Assembly: GCA_009923755.1 (NCBI GenBank)
Contig: RFSW01000002.1
Location: 1 to 54,082, forward strand
Direction of reading: 5' to 3'
DNA: 54,082 nucleotides
From: Betaproteobacteria bacterium
GTDB lineage: Bacteria > Pseudomonadota > Gammaproteobacteria > Burkholderiales > UBA3065
Shown here: positions 50,414-54,082 of the stretch, one piece after another
How the letters are laid out: every line of letters starts with the position of its first letter
How positions within the stretch are numbered: the first letter of the stretch is position 1
Position numbers and translations under genes: made by a program
Notes under the pieces: model-generated
What the model was told of the DNA's origin: nothing
The model's database searches: none
What the model saw: only the letters and a program-made list of their open reading frames with translations

Positions 50414-51313
50414 TCAGGCGAGCGCCCGGTCGGCAAGCAAAGCCGCAAAGGTCGCCGAGAGGTAGACGATGGAATAGCGGAACATCTCACGCGACAAGGC
50501 GTCGCTGTAGTGCAGGTAGAGGCGCACGGCATAGCCGAGGAAGAGGCCGTTGAGCACCACCGCGGCCGCCAGGTAGAGCCAGCCCGCCATGCCCATGGTC
50601 ACCGGCATAAAGGCCGCCAGCGCAAGCATCACGGTGTAGCCGACAATGTGCACCAGCGTCACTTTTTCGCCGTGGGTCACCGGCAGCATCGGCATATCGA
50701 CCTTGGCGTAGTCGTCGCGACGGTAGAGCGCCAGCGCCCAGAAGTGCGGCGGCGTCCAAAGGAAGATGATGAGGAACAGCACCACCGCCTCGGGCGTCAC
50801 GTTACCGGTCACCGCCGCCCAGCCGAGCACCGGTGGCATCGCGCCAGAAGCCCCGCCGATGACGATGTTCTGTGGCGTCGCCGGCTTGAGGAAGATGGTG
50901 TAGACCACCGCGTATCCGACAAAGGTGGCGAGGGTCAGCCACATGGTCAGATCGTTGACCCAGAGGTGCAGGATGGCGAGCCCGGTCGCACCGGTGAGGA
51001 TGGCAAACAGCAGCGTAGCCGGCGTAGTGACCTCGCCGCGTGCCGTCGGCCGGTGGCGGGTACGCGCCATGCGCGCGTCGATCTGCTGCTCGACCATGCA
51101 GTTGAAGGCCGCCGCCGCACCCGAGGCCAGACCGATGCCCACGGTGGCAGCCAGCAGGGTCACCAGCGAGGTCTCGGGGGTCATGGCAAGCAGCATGCCG
51201 ATCACTGCAGTGAACACGATCAGTGCCGTCACCCGCGGCTTGCACAGCAGGTAGAAATTGCGGACGCTCACCGCTGCGAGTTGCAGATTGGCGCTGTGTG
51301 CAAGGGTGGTCAT
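50414..51313 (-). CDS. cyoE: protoheme IX farnesyltransferase (heme O synthase)
   Basis: 299 aa. Motifs [42 protein letters not shown] and the UbiA-family polytopic pattern. Confidence 0.93.
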   Translation of the reverse strand: MTTLAHSANLQLAAVSVRNFYLLCKPRVTALIVFTAVIGMLLAMTPETSLVTLLAATVGIGLASGAAAAFNCMVEQQIDARMARTRHRPTARGEVTTPATLLFAILTGATGLAILHLWVNDLTMWLTLATFVGYAVVYTIFLKPATPQNIVIGGASGAMPPVLGWAAVTGNVTPEAVVLFLIIFLWTPPHFWALALYRRDDYAKVDMPMLPVTHGEKVTLVHIVGYTVMLALAAFMPVTMGMAGWLYLAAAVVLNGLFLGYAVRLYLHYSDALSREMFRYSIVYLSATFAALLADRALA

Positions 51314-51331
51314 GACAACTCCGATCTCGGC

Positions 51332-51886
51332 TCAGCCGATCCAAGAAAACTTGAGAAGCCGCTCGAGGTCACGGCGGACCCCGCTCGGGTCGAAGGCATC
51401 CGGGTAGACCATCATCAGATTGCCTTGCGGGTCGATGATGGCCAGCCGCGGCCCGCCAGCGGCCGCGCCAGGCAGCCCTTGGCGCAAGGCGTCAAGCGGC
51501 CCCTGCCAGATGCGCGTCTGGCCGATCTGCTCGACCGCGTCGCGCAATGTCGGCGACGGCGCGTCGCCCACCAACACAGCGCGCTGCAGGCGACTGGCCT
51601 CGCGCGCCTGGGTCGATTCGATCTGACGCATCAGGTAGAGCGTGTGTCGGCAGGCATCGTCACAATCGGCCGGTGCCAGCATGGCCAGCGTCCATTGGCC
51701 GGGAGCGGGTGCTTCACCGAGCAGCCCCGACCACTGCGCGGCCGTCAACACCGCCGGGGGATCGACCAGCTGCCCGTGGGATGCCGCCCGCTGCGGACGC
51801 CAGTCGCCGGCGAACAGCCCCCAGCCGATGACGAAGGGCGCGGCGAGCGCGACGAACAAACCAAGCAGAATCAGGCGCTGCCTCAT
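51332..51886 (-). CDS. membrane-anchored CxxxC protein of the cytochrome oxidase biogenesis cluster (thioredoxin/SCO-like? function unknown)
   Basis: Track ORF trimmed to ATG 51886, which overlaps the SURF1 stop (ATGA). N-terminal TM MRQRLILLGLFVALAAPFVIGWGLF. Motif LAPADCDDACRHTL. It lies between SURF1 and cyoE. Confidence 0.6.
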   Translation of the reverse strand: MRQRLILLGLFVALAAPFVIGWGLFAGDWRPQRAASHGQLVDPPAVLTAAQWSGLLGEAPAPGQWTLAMLAPADCDDACRHTLYLMRQIESTQAREASRLQRAVLVGDAPSPTLRDAVEQIGQTRIWQGPLDALRQGLPGAAAGGPRLAIIDPQGNLMMVYPDAFDPSGVRRDLERLLKFSWIG

Positions 51887-52617
51887 GCCCCGCTCCGCGC
51901 ACGGCGCCAGCCATGAAACACATAGATGGCGATCGCAGCCAGCGCAAAGCCGAACCACTGCCAGGCGTAGCCGAGGTTGGTGTGGACACGCTGAGCCGGC
52001 TGCGGCCATTCCACACGCATTGCACCGGGTGCGCCCGGGTCGACGATGAGCATCCAGTCGGCCACCGGTTCGCCAAGCCTCTGCGACAGCTCGTCGGCGT
52101 CGATCCAGGCGTGCACCGGACCGTCGTTGCTGGCGCCGGCCAGCCGCATCCCCGGACGCGGCAGCGCCACCGCAAGGCCCTTGATCGCCGGACCGGCCAG
52201 CGGGCGCGGCACGTCGGGCAGATGACCGTGGTCGCCGGCGGCGCCGATCCAGCCGCGGTTGACCAGCACCACGCCGCCGCCTTCGAGGCGCAGCGGTGCG
52301 ATGGCGGCAAAGCCGGCCTGGCCATAAGCGATCTGGTTGTCGAGCAGAAACGACGACGACGGGTCATAAGCGCCGTGCAGTCGCACCGGCCGGTATTCCA
52401 CCTCGGCCAGCGCCAGCCCGCCGCGATGCACGTCGAGTACCGGTCCAGCGAGGCGCTGCTCGAGCAAGGCCTGACGCGCCAGCTTTGCTTGTGCCTTGCC
52501 GTGCTGCCAATCACCGAGACTCAAGAACAACGGCACCAAAGCGACCACCAGACAGGTGGCGAGCATGGTCGGCCGAAACAGCCGATTGCCGCCGCGCAAA
52601 GCCAAGTTTGCGGTCAT
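51883..52617 (-). CDS. SURF1 family cytochrome oxidase biogenesis protein
   Basis: 244 aa. Two terminal TM segments, with GDWQHGKAQAK...VLVNRGWI in the periplasmic part. Its context is the cox cluster. Confidence 0.87.
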   Translation of the reverse strand: MTANLALRGGNRLFRPTMLATCLVVALVPLFLSLGDWQHGKAQAKLARQALLEQRLAGPVLDVHRGGLALAEVEYRPVRLHGAYDPSSSFLLDNQIAYGQAGFAAIAPLRLEGGGVVLVNRGWIGAAGDHGHLPDVPRPLAGPAIKGLAVALPRPGMRLAGASNDGPVHAWIDADELSQRLGEPVADWMLIVDPGAPGAMRVEWPQPAQRVHTNLGYAWQWFGFALAAIAIYVFHGWRRARSGA

Positions 52618-52665
52618 GATGGGCGGGATCGATAATCAAAGCGGACTGCTCGGGACCCCGGAACC

Positions 52666-52866
52666 ATGAAGATCATCATCATCCTGCTACTGGTCGCCAT
52701 CGTGGTCAGCCTGTTCTCCGGCGCGATCTTTCTGTTCCGCGACCGCAACGGCGGCGAGAGGACGGCGCGCGCCCTGACCTTGCGCATCGGGCTGTCGGTC
52801 GTGCTCTTTCTCTTATTGCTGCTGGGCTTCCAGTCGGGGCTGCTGGAGTCGCGCATGCCGATGTGA
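52666..52866 (+). CDS. twin-transmembrane small protein (DUF2909-like)
   Basis: 66 aa. MKIIIILLLVAIVVSLFSGAIFLFRD...LRIGLSVVLFLLLLLGFQ. It has the usual position between coxC and SURF1 on the opposite strand. Confidence 0.8.
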   Translation: MKIIIILLLVAIVVSLFSGAIFLFRDRNGGERTARALTLRIGLSVVLFLLLLLGFQSGLLESRMPM

Positions 52867-52966
52867 GCGGCACCCCTCTGCAAGACACCCTGCAACCGAA
52901 CGCGCCCGTCAACCGGACCCCCCGCTGCCATTCGCCCGCCACCCGGCGCGTTCACTCCGCTGCGTC

Positions 52967-53827
52967 CTAAAGCCAGTAGACGAAGACGAACAGGCCAAGC
53001 CAGACGACGTCGACAAAGTGCCAGTACCAGGCAGCGGCCTCAAAGGCAAAATGATCCTTGCTGCTGAAGTGTCCGCGCAACGCACGTCCCAGCACCACGG
53101 CCAGGATGATCGCGCCGATGGTCACATGCAGGCCGTGGAAGCCGGTCAGCATGAAGAACGTGGCGCCGTAGACACCGCTGCCAAGGGTCAGACCGAGCTC
53201 GGTGTAGGCATGGTGGTACTCGATGGCCTGGCAGACCATGAACGCAGCACCGAGCAACACGGTTGCGGCGAGCCCGTAGATCAGCCACGTACGGTTGTCG
53301 CGCAGCAGCGCCCAATGCGCGATGGTGACCGTCACACCAGAGGTGAGGAGCAGCGCGGTGTTGATCGCCGGCAGGCCCCACGCACCCATCGGCGTGAAGG
53401 CCGGGATCGTCTCGCTCGGCCCCTTGCCGGCGAGCGGCCAACTGCCCTCGTAGGTCGGGTAAAGCAGGTCGAAGCTGAGCAGGTCCGGCACCGCGAGGTT
53501 ACGCACATAGAACAAGGCGCCAAAGAAGGCAGCGAAGAACATCACCTCAGAGCCGATGAAGTACAGCATGCCAAGACGGAAGGCACGGTCTTCCCAACCC
53601 TTGAAGGTGCCCGCGCGGTTCTCGCGGATGACGTCGCCGAACCAGCCGACCACCACGTAGAGGATGACCATCACGCCGGGCAGCATGGCCCAGCCGGTCA
53701 CTTTGTCGTTCATGTTGAACACCGCCCCGAGGGCGAGCGCGAAGAGACCGAGCGCCAGCGTGAACGGATAATGGCTGTGCGACGGAACGTAGTAGCTGCT
53801 GGCGCCGTGGGCGTGCGAATCGCTCAT
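52967..53827 (-). CDS. ctaE: cytochrome c oxidase subunit III
   Basis: 286 aa with 7 TM segments. Motifs FFMLTGFHGLHVTIGAI and AAAWYWHFVDVVWLGLFVFVYW. Confidence 0.93.
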   Translation of the reverse strand: MSDSHAHGASSYYVPSHSHYPFTLALGLFALALGAVFNMNDKVTGWAMLPGVMVILYVVVGWFGDVIRENRAGTFKGWEDRAFRLGMLYFIGSEVMFFAAFFGALFYVRNLAVPDLLSFDLLYPTYEGSWPLAGKGPSETIPAFTPMGAWGLPAINTALLLTSGVTVTIAHWALLRDNRTWLIYGLAATVLLGAAFMVCQAIEYHHAYTELGLTLGSGVYGATFFMLTGFHGLHVTIGAIILAVVLGRALRGHFSSKDHFAFEAAAWYWHFVDVVWLGLFVFVYWL

Positions 53828-53900
53828 TGGTCTCCCCTTTTAGGCTTCGAGCGGTTGAACCTGTCTGACCGTGACGTGGCTGCTCATGGCGCCAGCTCGG

Positions 53901-54082
53901 TCAGCTACCGCTGATGCCGCCGGCGGCGGCATCCACGGCAAAGAATGAATAAGAGAGCGTGAGCGCCCCGACATCGTCGGGGAGCCCGCCATCGACAAGG
54001 AACGACACCGGCATGTCGCGCACCTCGCCGGGGCCGAGGGTCTGCTTCTGAAAGCAGAAGCAATCCAGCTTTTGCAGATGAG
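53901..54082 (-). CDS. ctaG: cytochrome c oxidase assembly protein CtaG/Cox11 (C-terminal 60 codons; gene runs off the right edge)
   Basis: Not in the track. Hand translation of the minus strand gives HLQKLDCFCFQKQTLGPGEVRDMPVSFLVDGGLPDDVGALTLSYSFFAVDAAAGGISGS*. It contains the Cox11 CFCF copper motif. The stop TGA is at 53901-53903. Confidence 0.85.
   Translation of the reverse strand, partial: HLQKLDCFCFQKQTLGPGEVRDMPVSFLVDGGLPDDVGALTLSYSFFAVDAAAGGISGS

Noticed and set aside
53840-53887. A 15-codon ORF (MSSHVTVRQVQPLEA) between ctaG and coxC, where some cox clusters carry a small membrane protein.
   Set aside because: It is too short, has no hydrophobic segment and has no ribosome-binding site. 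It is most likely spacer DNA.

Overview
High-GC window that reads as core, housekeeping chromosome with gene order typical of a betaproteobacterium (inference from synteny and protein motifs). I found no mobile elements, no CRISPR array, no rRNA and no recognisable defence or toxin locus.

Gene content, left to right:
- Minus strand: a partial Orn/Lys/Arg decarboxylase, then rpoS-pcm-surE, tRNA-Pro, a MerR regulator, ihfA-pheT-pheS-rplT-rpmI-infC-thrS and tRNA-Val.
- A 320-bp spacer that is less GC-rich.
- Plus strand: TPR lipoprotein-lolB-ispE, tRNA-Gln, prs-rplY-pth-ychF and an MFS transporter.
- Minus strand: spoT-rpoZ-gmk, an ABC ATPase, mlaBCDEF, a CPA2 antiporter and dnaE2.
- Then mobB-moaD-moaE-ygjP, xthA, prlC, a gamma-CA-like protein, amtB, an MBL hydrolase, yfhL ferredoxin, coaD, rsmD, two M16 peptidases, ftsYEX-rpoH, and a cytochrome c oxidase biogenesis cluster (sco, ctaA, ctaB, SURF1, DUF2909, coxC, partial cox11).

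Many track ORFs needed their starts trimmed. Many long ORFs are in-register antisense shadows of real genes, caused by GC3 bias.

I did not find a convincing new biological system. The points most worth a second look:
- A stand-alone dnaE2 with a perfect LexA box, sitting in a 66-bp divergent spacer shared with mobB.
- A cluster of DnaA-box-like motifs and two perfect palindromes in the tRNA-Val/TPR spacer.
- An ABC-2-type ATPase with no permease, wedged between the mla operon and gmk-rpoZ-spoT.
- A glnK-less amtB with a clear sigma54/NtrC-type control region.
- An MFS transporter with a roughly 115-aa periplasmic insert containing a Cys pair.
- A CxxxC membrane protein in the cox cluster.

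All functional calls rest on motif recognition by eye and on gene order. No database search was run.
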